Assembly: GCA_040905465.1 (NCBI GenBank)
Contig: JBBDRK010000043.1
Coordinates: forward strand, 55,004 to 119,003
DNA length: 64,000 nucleotides
Direction of reading: 5' to 3'
From: Trueperaceae bacterium
Lineage (GTDB): Bacteria > Deinococcota > Deinococci > Deinococcales > Trueperaceae
In this document: positions 9,727 through 19,058 of the stretch, in pieces
Numbering within the stretch: the first letter of the stretch is position 1
Layout of the letters: each line of letters starts with the position of its first letter
The notes under the pieces: generated by a model
The model's input: the letters and a program-made list of their open reading frames with translations, nothing else
What the model was told of the DNA's origin: nothing
The model's database searches: none
Program-made: the position numbers and the translations under genes

Positions 9727-10539
9727 TCAAGCGCGCCTGCTGAGCTCCGGGTGGAATATCTCGTTGAGCCTCTTCCAGACGGTCTTGGGGTCGCTGTGTT
9801 GCCAGACGTTGCGGCCGACGATCAGTCCCTTTACGCCTTCGCCGGCGATCTTCTCGACCCAGTGATAGAGATCCTCGATCGTGTCGGTCTTGGCGCCGCC
9901 CATCACGGTGACGGGAACCGGGAGGGCCTTGCAGAGGTCTTCGAAGACGCCTTCTGCATACGGCGTCTTGATGGCATCTGCCCCCAGCTCAACTGCGACC
10001 CGACAGATGTTGGGGATGTGCTGAGGGTCGTTCTTCTGATCATCGGGAATGCCGTCTCCCCAAAGTGTCGGTTCGAAGATCACTGGTATACCCAGAATCT
10101 CGGATTCGCGGACTACCTCGCTCACGAGACGTACGTTGTCCGCATGGACTTCTATGTCCCGACGCCCAAACGCCAGCACTACCTTGACGGCGTCCGCACC
10201 CATTGCAGCGGCCTCGTTGACCGTCGACAACAGGCGATAAGCCTGGCGACCGCTCGACTCTCCGGGAATCGTCCCGGTGATGTGGATGTCTAGCGCCAGC
10301 ACTACTCCCGGACTGGGATAGCGGGTCCATAAATCTGTATAGCGCCGGAAAATGCCTGGGTTCAGCAGGACGGCATCAGTGCCGGAGGCCAACGCCCATT
10401 CGAGCGTCTCTCCTGCGTCCTGTAGCCCTTTCATCATGCCGTGCGTCTTTCCGTGATCGATGGTGAACACAACCGAACGGCCATCTCCCCTGAACACGCG
10501 AGACAACCTCAGGGCCTTCGCTGTCGAATGTGTATGCAT
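9727..10539 (-). CDS. Class I aldolase, DhnA/LsrF family
   Basis: IDHG, GADAV, ELGADAIKT (Schiff-base Lys), GGAK, GRNVWQ. Confidence 0.88.
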   Translation of the reverse strand: MHTHSTAKALRLSRVFRGDGRSVVFTIDHGKTHGMMKGLQDAGETLEWALASGTDAVLLNPGIFRRYTDLWTRYPSPGVVLALDIHITGTIPGESSGRQAYRLLSTVNEAAAMGADAVKVVLAFGRRDIEVHADNVRLVSEVVRESEILGIPVIFEPTLWGDGIPDDQKNDPQHIPNICRVAVELGADAIKTPYAEGVFEDLCKALPVPVTVMGGAKTDTIEDLYHWVEKIAGEGVKGLIVGRNVWQHSDPKTVWKRLNEIFHPELSRRA

Positions 10540-10625
10540 AGCTGGCTTCTCCTCCCAGATGGGTATTCAACGCGCCGTGCTAGATGGAACGATCAGGAAC
10601 GATCAACTGTTGTGCAGTGTGTGTC

Positions 10626-10654
10626 ATTATAGTGCAGCCCGCAGTGCGTGTCAA
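10626..10654 (-). promoter_or_regulatory. Perfect-consensus sigma70 promoter for the aldolase-to-SDR operon (10539 to 3479)
   Basis: Minus strand TTGACA (10654-10649), 17-nt spacer, TATAAT (10631-10626). Confidence 0.85.
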
Positions 10655-10699
10655 CGCGATGGCGATGGTCGCTGCGAGCGTCCCGAAACCGAGCATGCC

Positions 10700-11476
10700 T
10701 CAATGTGAGCGCGGAGCGAGCGTAAGTGCGATGCCCGCGTCGAGATAGTCCTCCGCCTGTGCCGGATCTAGGCCATCATCGGTGATCATGCCGTCGAACT
10801 CCGCCAAATCGGCGACCTTTATCAGGTGCACCCGACCGAACTTGCTGTGATCTGCTATCAGGGTTACCCGGTTGCTGCAGGCCATGACAAGACGCTTGAT
10901 CGGGGCCTGGTGGATTCGGGAGCTCGTCATGCCCGCAACCAGGTCGATACCGTCCGCCCCGACGAACGCGTGGTGAGCGTGCAGCGTCTTCAGCGTGTTC
11001 TCTGCGATCATGCCGCCGACGTTGTAGTTGTCACGAATAACCGTGCCACCGACGGAAACCACGTTGAAGTTGGGGACGTCGGAAAGCTCGAGCGCGATCT
11101 TGAGGTCGGTCGTGATGACCGTCAGGTCCCGCCGCGACTTCAACTCGCGTGCAAGTAGCAGTGCCGAGGAGCCGGAGTCCAGAATGATGACTTCACCGTT
11201 CGTAACACGCTGACTAGCCACCCGAGCAATGGCGAGCTTCTCTTCGAAATGCTCGCGTGCCTTGCTTTCCGCCAGCGGAAAGAAGGCGGAACTCTGGTAG
11301 GGGAGGACCGCGCCGCCACGAATCCGCTTGAGGTGACCTTGCTGTTCGAGGAGGTGTAGGTCACGCCTCACCGTTGCATGCGACGCATCGAGCGCTTCCG
11401 CCAGCGTGGCCACGTCGGCGCCGCCGTCGTGCGTGAGGATGTCTAGAAGTCGTTTTCGACGCCTATCCGGCAGCAT
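10700..11476 (-). CDS. DeoR/GlpR-family transcriptional regulator (paralog 1)
   Basis: HTH SHATVRRDLHLLE...RGGA; LDSGSS; ADHSKFG. Confidence 0.93.
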   Translation of the reverse strand: MLPDRRRKRLLDILTHDGGADVATLAEALDASHATVRRDLHLLEQQGHLKRIRGGAVLPYQSSAFFPLAESKAREHFEEKLAIARVASQRVTNGEVIILDSGSSALLLARELKSRRDLTVITTDLKIALELSDVPNFNVVSVGGTVIRDNYNVGGMIAENTLKTLHAHHAFVGADGIDLVAGMTSSRIHQAPIKRLVMACSNRVTLIADHSKFGRVHLIKVADLAEFDGMITDDGLDPAQAEDYLDAGIALTLAPRSH

Positions 11477-11487
11477 ATTTACTCCGG

Positions 11488-11516
11488 TTTACAGTATGGC
11501 ACGGCCATGGTAGCTT
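11488..11516 (+). promoter_or_regulatory. Putative sigma70 promoter for the FGGY kinase at 11617 (divergent from deoR)
   Basis: TTTACA (11488-11493), 17 nt, TAGCTT (11511-11516) with an upstream TG (extended -10). Confidence 0.5.
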
Positions 11517-11616
11517 TTGCTCGGAGTCGCACATCTTCGCGCAGTTGCTCATAGGTCATCATGGTCTTCGTGTCGTCGATTCGGGTACCGCAAAGCTGTT
11601 CGGAAGGAGAGAAGGG

Positions 11617-13182
11617 ATGCCGGAAAGAGCACATCTGATAGGCGTCGACGTCGGCACCTACAGTGCCAAAGGGGTGCTGGTGCACTCCGACGGTACCATC
11701 AAGGCCACGGCTACCTCAGAGTATGCATTGAGCATTCCCCGGCCCGGGTGGGCGGAGCACGACGCCGAGACGATCTGGTGGGGGAGTTTCGTCAGGATCG
11801 TGCGCACACTGCTCGAACAGAGCGGAGTGGCTGCGAGCGAGGTAGCTGCAGTTGGATGCAGTGCAATCGGGCTCACCATGCTGCCGGTGGACGCGGACGG
11901 GAATCCGCTCCGTCCCTCGATACTCTACGGCATCGATACTCGAGCGTCGCGCGAGATCGAGTATCTGACCAAAGAACTGGGCAATGATGCCATTGTCGCC
12001 AATTCCGGCAGCCCGCTCTCGGCCAACTCGGTCGGTCCGAAGATATTGTGGTTCCGCAACCACGAGCCCGAGCTGTTTGCCCGCACGCACAAGGTGCTCA
12101 CCGCCTCCTCCTACCTCGGTTTGAAGCTCACGGGCGAGTTCGTGATAGACGAGTACTCGGCGCAGGGCTTCGCACCGATGTTCGACGTCACGCAGCGGGC
12201 ATGGAACCCGGCCATGACCGAGCCGATCTGCTCGCTGGAACTCCTGCCGGGCCTGCACCCGACTACTGACGTGATCGGGACGGTCACGGCTGCCGCGGCC
12301 GGTGAGACGGGACTGGTTGCCGGGACCCCGGTAATCGCAGGCACGGTCGACGCGGCGGCCGAAGCGATCAGCATCGGAGCGACCGCTCCCGGCGAAACGA
12401 TGCTGATGCTGGGTACGACTGCGTTCATTACCCAGGTGCTCGGCGAAAGGAGGCGCCACGGCTCGCTGTGGTCGTCGCGCTATCTGGTCGAGGGCACCTA
12501 TGCGCTGAGTGCCGGCATGGCCACGTCGGCCGCCCTCACCCGCTGGTTCAAGGACAATTTCGCCGGAGCGGAGCAGCTCATCGAGGAACGCGACGGCACC
12601 AGTGCATATCAGCAGTTGGCCGAGCAGGCCTCCGAGGTCCCGGTGGGGAGCGAAGGTCTGATAGTACTGCCCTACTTCAGCGGCGAGCGTGCTCCGATTC
12701 ACGATGCGAGGGCCCGGGGAACGATCACGGGCTTGACCCTGTCGCACACGAGAAAACATGTCTACCGAGCACTCCTCGAGGGCGTGGCCTACGCGATACG
12801 GCACAATCTCGAAGTGATGGCCGAGGCCGACGCCATTCCCGCCAGGCTTATCGCCGTAGGGGGCGGCGCAAAGAACCAAGTATGGCTTCACATCATCGCC
12901 GACTGTTGTAATCAGCGGGTCGACGTGCCCGCGCAGACGATCGGGGCGTCGTTCGGCGACGCTTACCTGGCCGGGATCGGTGCGGGCATCTTCCGAGGCT
13001 TCGGCGAGCTTAGACGCAACTGGATCACCCTAGGTCGTACCATCGAGCCGGACGAACGGAATCATAGCCTCTACGGCCCCTACTACGAGATTTACCGGCG
13101 ATGTTATTCGGCACTGAAGGCTGAAATGCACGACCTCGCCGATCTCCAGGCGGGAGAGGGAGCGGTTAGCCCGCCTGCCTGA
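11617..13182 (+). CDS. FGGY-family carbohydrate kinase (paralog A)
   Basis: GVDVGTYSAK, ILYGIDTR, GPKILW, AGTVDA, PYFSGER, VGGGAK; ATG 11617 behind GGAGAGAAGGG. Confidence 0.92.
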   Translation: MPERAHLIGVDVGTYSAKGVLVHSDGTIKATATSEYALSIPRPGWAEHDAETIWWGSFVRIVRTLLEQSGVAASEVAAVGCSAIGLTMLPVDADGNPLRPSILYGIDTRASREIEYLTKELGNDAIVANSGSPLSANSVGPKILWFRNHEPELFARTHKVLTASSYLGLKLTGEFVIDEYSAQGFAPMFDVTQRAWNPAMTEPICSLELLPGLHPTTDVIGTVTAAAAGETGLVAGTPVIAGTVDAAAEAISIGATAPGETMLMLGTTAFITQVLGERRRHGSLWSSRYLVEGTYALSAGMATSAALTRWFKDNFAGAEQLIEERDGTSAYQQLAEQASEVPVGSEGLIVLPYFSGERAPIHDARARGTITGLTLSHTRKHVYRALLEGVAYAIRHNLEVMAEADAIPARLIAVGGGAKNQVWLHIIADCCNQRVDVPAQTIGASFGDAYLAGIGAGIFRGFGELRRNWITLGRTIEPDERNHSLYGPYYEIYRRCYSALKAEMHDLADLQAGEGAVSPPA

Positions 13183-13448
13183 ATCGTGCTGAGATCGTAA
13201 TTGATCGAAGAAGTGCATCTCGGTGCAACGTGCACGAAACGTCAGACCCCCTCGGAAGCATCGCGGCGAATAACCCTCGAGGCGGGCACCAGACGCGGAG
13301 GCGCTCCGGACTGCCCGCCCGCCCAGGCGTTTTTCGTCAGCCACGCGTGAACCGCACATGACACGGGCAACGCGAGGCCGCTCTTACAGGGTGGCGCGGC
13401 GCCCTTTCGTGCCTGGAAACGGCTGACCACCGTGCCGACGCGACTCGC

Positions 13449-13477
13449 TTGACATCGATCAGGAGTAAGCGTATATA
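13449..13477 (+). promoter_or_regulatory. Sigma70 promoter for the ABC transporter cassette
   Basis: TTGACA (13449-13454), 17 nt, TATATA (13472-13477) in an AT-rich patch. Confidence 0.7.
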
Positions 13478-13652
13478 ATAACGATTACAGCGCGAAGTGA
13501 ACCTGAGTGATCATCGAGGACCCGAAAGGGGGTACCGGCTGGTCAAGACATCCACAGCAGGCCATCGGTGTGTCCACATTCGAGGTAGTAGCTCGTGCCC
13601 TTTGGGAAACCAGGCAGTTTACGACCGAATCGCAAGCCATAGGAGTCGAAAC

Positions 13653-15254
13653 ATGAGAATGTACGACAAGCCCCGCGCGCACGGAAGTAGAAGTACAGGC
13701 AAGACTTCCCTGTTGCTGATCTTGATGCTGCCACTCATCCTCCTGTCGAATGCTCAGGCCCAGGTCCCGGAAGAGGAAAGGTACGGCAACACGCTGCGAG
13801 TGGCGATCGCCGAGCCGGTACCGTCCCTCGACATTCATAAGGCGATCGCCGCCGGCATTCAGAGCGTCACCTCGAACGTAGTCGAAACCCTGATCCTCAA
13901 GGACTTCGGTGGTGCCGACGTTCCCGGTCTGGCACGCGACTGGGAAATCAGCGACGACCAGCTCACCTACACTCTTTACCTGAGAGAAGGCGTCAAGTTC
14001 CACGACGGAAGCGACATGACGGCGGAGGACGTCAAGGCCTCGCTCGATCGATGGTTCGCCGTTACCCCGGTGCAATGGGAGGTCGCGAGCTTCGAAGAGG
14101 TAGAGATCGTCGACGACTACACGATCAGGGCGCACCTCAGCGAACCGTTTACCGGCACGCTCGATGCGCTGGGTCTCAACCCGGCCGCCATCCTGCCGAA
14201 AGAGATTGTCGATCGCGTTGGCGAGGGGGAACTCGACGGCAGTGATCTCATCGGGACCGGTATCTACAAACTGGCCGACTTCACTCCTGAGCGCACCTGG
14301 ATGCTCGAGCGTTTCGAGGACTATCACGGGCAATTCACCGGAGAGTTGAGCTTCATGGCCGGTGAGAGAAAGGGTTACGCCGATACCATCGAGATAACCA
14401 GGGTCGCGGAAGCCGGAACGAGGCTCGCGGGTTTGCTGGCCGGCGACTACGACATCGCGGACGACCTGTCGCCCGATGACCTCGACCTCGTCGAGAGCCG
14501 TCGTGGCGTCAACGCCGATGTGATCCCCGGCGCTCTCGGCTGGTACACCAAGTTCAACAGCCAGGAAGGACCGTTCGCCAATGAACTGCTCCGCCAGGCA
14601 GTGCGAGTCGGTATAAGACCCATGGAAATCATGGCCGGCTTCGGCGACGAGCGGCTCTGGGAGCTCAACCTGTTCCCGAGGTTCCATCCGGAGTCGCCGT
14701 ACAACCTCAATGACCAGGTCCATGCCGAGTACTACTACCCGGAAGACATGGAGCTGGCGCGCGCGATGGTTGAGGCTTCCGGCTACAATGGCGAGCCCAT
14801 CCGCGTGATCGGCAGTCGTGACCTGGCAGGTTGGTACGTGCAGGCGATCGGCATCCTGCCGATGCTTCAGGAGATGGGCCTCAATGCCGAGCTGATCATC
14901 GTTGACCGTCCGCAGCAACTCGAGCTCACGCTCGACACCTCGCAGTGGGAGATCAAGACCAGCTACAGCACCCCGATCAGGCGGGCGGCAGTGCTCGGCT
15001 TCCACGGCCGGCACCGCGACGGCACCCAGTGGTCGTGGGCTGGTGACGAGCACCTGTACTACGAAGGCGTTCTGTGGCGCGACCTCGAACGCCGTGACGA
15101 GGCGATCACCCGGATGGTGGAGATCGAGCTCGAGCGTGCCGGACAGCTGTGGCTGGGCCATACCGCTATGCTCCGCGGTTACGGAGATCACGTTCAGGAC
15201 ATGCCCTTCAGCCACTACCTCAACCTGTACAACACCTGGATCGAGGGGCGTTAG
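13653..15254 (+). CDS. ABC transporter substrate-binding protein, family 5 (DppA/OppA-like)
   Basis: Signal peptide ending AQA; PGLARDWEIS...YTLYLREGVKFHDG...TAEDVKAS; IGTGIY; AGGAG SD before ATG 13653. Confidence 0.92.
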   Translation: MRMYDKPRAHGSRSTGKTSLLLILMLPLILLSNAQAQVPEEERYGNTLRVAIAEPVPSLDIHKAIAAGIQSVTSNVVETLILKDFGGADVPGLARDWEISDDQLTYTLYLREGVKFHDGSDMTAEDVKASLDRWFAVTPVQWEVASFEEVEIVDDYTIRAHLSEPFTGTLDALGLNPAAILPKEIVDRVGEGELDGSDLIGTGIYKLADFTPERTWMLERFEDYHGQFTGELSFMAGERKGYADTIEITRVAEAGTRLAGLLAGDYDIADDLSPDDLDLVESRRGVNADVIPGALGWYTKFNSQEGPFANELLRQAVRVGIRPMEIMAGFGDERLWELNLFPRFHPESPYNLNDQVHAEYYYPEDMELARAMVEASGYNGEPIRVIGSRDLAGWYVQAIGILPMLQEMGLNAELIIVDRPQQLELTLDTSQWEIKTSYSTPIRRAAVLGFHGRHRDGTQWSWAGDEHLYYEGVLWRDLERRDEAITRMVEIELERAGQLWLGHTAMLRGYGDHVQDMPFSHYLNLYNTWIEGR

Positions 15255-15422
15255 CACTTCGAGGTCGTTGAGGGAAAGCAGAATATAGTCCGACCGTCTC
15301 CTTGTGTCGAAGTCCCACTCCGGGCGCATCGACACAAGGAGAACACTGTGAAGTCTCATGCTCCGAACTTGGTATTTTGACGCAGGGCCAGTCACCGAGC
15401 TGGCAGATTGCAACGGGAGCCG

Positions 15423-16364
15423 ATGGTATTCATTCTCCGCAGGCTGATCCAACTGATTCCTACTCTGGCAGTGATAGCCGTCGTCGCTTTCTTCCTCATC
15501 CGGGTCGCCGGGGGAGATCCCACCGCCCTCCTGTTGCCGCAGGATGCGTCCCAAGAGGACATCCAGCGCATGAGACGGTCCATGGGCCTGCACCAGCCGC
15601 TATTTCTCCAATTCTTTTACTGGATGCGCGACTTGCTCAGCGGCAACCTGGGAATCTCCTACTACACCCGCGACACGGTCGTCAGCACGATCATCGATCG
15701 CGCCTATCCGACTCTATGGCTCGCTGTCAGCGCCCAAATGGTCGCAATAGTGATCGCGGTGCCGGCCGGAATCATCTCCGCCGTACGGCAAAACTCCTGG
15801 CTCGACCGGTTGTTCACCATCTTCGCGCTTGGCGGCGTAGCCATTCCCAATTTCTGGTTCGCCATGATGCTCGTCATGGTCGTGAGCATCAGTCTGGGGT
15901 GGCTGCCGTCGCAAGGCTTCACCGATCCGCTCCAGGATCCCTGGCAGGGATTTCGTCGACTGGTGCTGCCCTCGGTGGCGCTCGGCTATCTTCAGGCCGG
16001 GCTGATCACCAGGATGACGAGGTCCGCCATGCTCGACGTGCTGCGGCTGGACTACGTCAGGACGGCCCGAGCGAAGGGCCTGAGGGAGACTGCTATCGTC
16101 GGCCGTCACGCCCTCTCCAACGCCATGAACCCCATTCTCACGGTAATCGGGATCTCGATGGCGTCCCTGTTCACCGGGGCCGTGGTAACAGAACTGGTAT
16201 TCAATTTCCCAGGGCTCGGACAGTTGATAGTCGAGGCGGTCGGACGACGCGACTTCCCGCTCATACAGGGCGTTCTGGTGATTCTCGCGGTCATCACTTT
16301 GCTTATCAACTTCTTTATCGACATCTCCTACGGCCTTTTCGATCCGAGGATCAGATATGACTAG
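15423..16364 (+). CDS. ABC transporter permease (DppB family)
   Basis: FILRRL, GGDP, GNLGISY, DYVRTARAKGL, RHALSNA, VFNFPGLG, DPRI. Confidence 0.93.
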   Translation: MVFILRRLIQLIPTLAVIAVVAFFLIRVAGGDPTALLLPQDASQEDIQRMRRSMGLHQPLFLQFFYWMRDLLSGNLGISYYTRDTVVSTIIDRAYPTLWLAVSAQMVAIVIAVPAGIISAVRQNSWLDRLFTIFALGGVAIPNFWFAMMLVMVVSISLGWLPSQGFTDPLQDPWQGFRRLVLPSVALGYLQAGLITRMTRSAMLDVLRLDYVRTARAKGLRETAIVGRHALSNAMNPILTVIGISMASLFTGAVVTELVFNFPGLGQLIVEAVGRRDFPLIQGVLVILAVITLLINFFIDISYGLFDPRIRYD

Positions 16365-16406
16365 TGCAACAGCTCTGCCTTCCAAGCCAACCGGAAGGAT
16401 CCTCCA

Positions 16407-17309
16407 GTGAAGCCCACGGCCGTATCGACGGCCGCTCACGCCGGGGGAAGTGCCGGTCAACCGCAACGGGGCTCGTTCCGTGAGCGGATGCGTCGGGCCC
16501 GCCGCTTCCTTGCCACGAATCCTCTCATCCTCATCGGCCTGATCATGACGGTGTTCATGCTCGCCGTCGCGATCGTGGGGCCCGAGGTGGCCCCCTACGA
16601 TCCCACCCGCATAAACAACCTCAATCGGCTCAAGGCTCCGAACGCCGAGCATTGGCTGGGGACCGACGAGTTCGGCCGTGACGTGCTCTCGCGCCTGCTC
16701 TACGGTGCCCGCGTGTCGGCGTTGATCGGATTCACCACCCTGGTCCTCACCACCGTGTTCGGCACGGTCGTCGGGCTGGTCTCGGGCTACTTCCGCCCGC
16801 TCGACGCGATCCTGATGCGAGTCATGGACGGGCTGATGACCTTTCCCTCGCTGATCCTGGCTATCGCCCTGATCGCGGTCCTCGGCATCAATGCGTTCAA
16901 CGTGGTGATCGCCCTGACAATCGTCTACACCCCGCAGACCGCTCGTGTCGTCAGGTCCTCGGTGCTGAGCGTGAAGGCTACCGACTTCATCGAGGCGACT
17001 CGGGCCTTGGGCAATCGCCACGTGAGAATCATGTTCCGCCATGTCCTGCCGAATTGCGTTTCCCCCCTGATCGTACAGAGCACGTTCATAATGGGCTACG
17101 CCATCCTGGCAGAGGCCGCTTTGAGCTTCATAGGCGCCGGCGTGCCGCCGCCGGCGCCCAGTTGGGGCAATATGCTCGCCGACAGCCGGGTCTATATGTA
17201 CCAGGCCCCGTGGATGACCTATTTCCCCGGCATCGGCATATCGATCTTCGTGCTCGGTTTGATCCTGCTCGGTGACGGCGTTCGCGACTACCTCGATCCC
17301 CGCAATTGA
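16407..17309 (+). CDS. ABC transporter permease (DppC family); start uncertain (see finding at 16346)
   Basis: HWLGTDEFGRDVLSRLLYGAR, RHVLPN, EAALSFIGAGVPPPAPSWG. Confidence 0.92.
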   Translation: MKPTAVSTAAHAGGSAGQPQRGSFRERMRRARRFLATNPLILIGLIMTVFMLAVAIVGPEVAPYDPTRINNLNRLKAPNAEHWLGTDEFGRDVLSRLLYGARVSALIGFTTLVLTTVFGTVVGLVSGYFRPLDAILMRVMDGLMTFPSLILAIALIAVLGINAFNVVIALTIVYTPQTARVVRSSVLSVKATDFIEATRALGNRHVRIMFRHVLPNCVSPLIVQSTFIMGYAILAEAALSFIGAGVPPPAPSWGNMLADSRVYMYQAPWMTYFPGIGISIFVLGLILLGDGVRDYLDPRN

Positions 17310-17468
17310 AGGTTTACCCGGTTCGCCGCCGAGCACCCGGACGGTACCCGGCATTCTCGGAGTGGACGCAGTTCGCGCGAATAAGTCGCAAGTCGGGGAG
17401 CAGGCCGCCGATTGCCTGCTCCAGCCGGCCTGCGAGTCGCGGCGACGCGAGATGGAAAGGGGAAACGG

Positions 17469-19031
17469 ATGCCTGAGAGCGCTTACCTCCTCGGCATAGA
17501 CGTCGGAACGTACAGTGCCAAGGGGGTGCTCGTCACGCTCGAAGGACGCGTTATCGCCAGCCACACGGTCGAGTACGAACTAGGTATCCCGCGACCGGGT
17601 TGGGCGGAGCACGATGCCGAATCGGATTGGTGGGCCTCCCTCGCTCGAGTGACCAACAGCCTGGTCGCCGACAGCAAAGTGGATCCGGCAGAGATTGCAG
17701 CCATCGGCTGCAGCGCGATCGGACCTACCATGCTGCCCGTCGACGGAAACGGGACGCCCCTTCGCACGGCCATTCTCTACGGTATCGACACCCGTAGCTG
17801 GCGGGAGGCAGAGGAGCTCGGCGAAGAGTACGGGCTCGACGTTCTGCTCGAAAGCACCGGGAAACCGGTGACGACCCAGTCCAACGGGCCGAAAATCCTC
17901 TGGTTCCGCCGCAATCAACCGGAACTGTTCGATCGTACTCACAAGATTCTTACGGCAAACGGATACCTGGCCTTCAAACTGACGGGCGAGTATACTCTCG
18001 ACCGCTACTCTGCTTCGGCTTTCGATCCCATGTACGACGTCCCCTCGCGCAATTGGAACAAAGAGCGAGTGGAACGAATATGTCCTGTCGAAATGCTCCC
18101 CAGCCTGGTGAGTCCGACGGAGGTTGTCGGGAAGATTACCCGGACCGCCGCACGCGAGACCGGTCTTGCTGCCGGCACCCCGGTGATCGCTGGAACCATC
18201 GATGCAGTGGCAGAGGCTTTCAGTGTGGGAGTCACCAATCCGGGTGAAACGATGCTGATGTACGGAACGACTCTCTTCATCATCAACGTGAATGCCGAAT
18301 GGCGCCGCCATGGGAAGCTCTGGTCCGGACCGTATCTGTTCGACGGTCACTACACTTTGGCCGGTGGGCTTGCCACGAGTGCGGCGCTAACCCGCTGGTA
18401 TCGCGATCAGTTCGCTGCCCTCGAACTGCAGGAGGAGCGCGCCGGCGGCGAAAACGCATACCAGATGCTGGCCGCACAGGCGGAGTCGGTGGCCCCGGGG
18501 AGCAACGGGCTAATCGTCCTTCCTTACTTCAGCGGCGAGCGGACTCCAATATTCGACCCGAAGGCGCGTGGGGTAATCGCCGGGCTCACGCTGTCGCATA
18601 CTCGGGCAGACGTATACCGGGCGTTGCTGGAGGGGGTCGCCTACGCTCTTCGGCACAATCTGGAGGCGATGCGGTCCGTGGGAGCGGACCTCACCAGGCT
18701 GGTAGCCGTCGGCGGTGGCACGAAGAATCGAACGTGGCTCCAGATAATCAGCGACTGCATCGGACAGCCTCAGCACCTGCCCAAAAACACGGTCGGCGCC
18801 TCTTACGGGGACGCATACCTCGCCGGTTACGGCGTCGGGCTGTTCGACGACCTGCTCACGCTACGCGAGCAGTGGATCGAGTGGGACGGCACTATTGAGC
18901 CGAACCGAGAGCGTCAGGCTGTTTATGACGACTATTATCCAATCTATCGTCGAACGTACGAAAGTCTCGTCGGTGAGCTGCACGAGCTTGCCGACCTTCA
19001 GGCGGCCCACGCCGGGAGGGAAGGCGAGTAG
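17469..19031 (+). CDS. FGGY-family carbohydrate kinase (paralog B)
   Basis: GIDVGTYSAK, ILYGIDTR, GPKILW, AGTIDA, PYFSGER, VGGGTK; colinear with paralog A. Confidence 0.92.
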   Translation: MPESAYLLGIDVGTYSAKGVLVTLEGRVIASHTVEYELGIPRPGWAEHDAESDWWASLARVTNSLVADSKVDPAEIAAIGCSAIGPTMLPVDGNGTPLRTAILYGIDTRSWREAEELGEEYGLDVLLESTGKPVTTQSNGPKILWFRRNQPELFDRTHKILTANGYLAFKLTGEYTLDRYSASAFDPMYDVPSRNWNKERVERICPVEMLPSLVSPTEVVGKITRTAARETGLAAGTPVIAGTIDAVAEAFSVGVTNPGETMLMYGTTLFIINVNAEWRRHGKLWSGPYLFDGHYTLAGGLATSAALTRWYRDQFAALELQEERAGGENAYQMLAAQAESVAPGSNGLIVLPYFSGERTPIFDPKARGVIAGLTLSHTRADVYRALLEGVAYALRHNLEAMRSVGADLTRLVAVGGGTKNRTWLQIISDCIGQPQHLPKNTVGASYGDAYLAGYGVGLFDDLLTLREQWIEWDGTIEPNRERQAVYDDYYPIYRRTYESLVGELHELADLQAAHAGREGE

Positions 19032-19058
19032 TGCGGTTGACCGCGAATTCCGGACAAC

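Noticed and set aside
13513-13540. CCCGAAAGGGGGTAC resembling the c-di-AMP (ydaO) riboswitch
   Set aside because: Downstream conserved elements (GGAACC, GGGGUGAAUC, CCCGUCAGCUAAC) are absent; kept only as a generic structured leader.
13485-17564. 702-aa and 616-aa antisense ORFs over the ABC cassette
   Set aside because: Mirror frames of SBP and permease genes; no recognisable domains.
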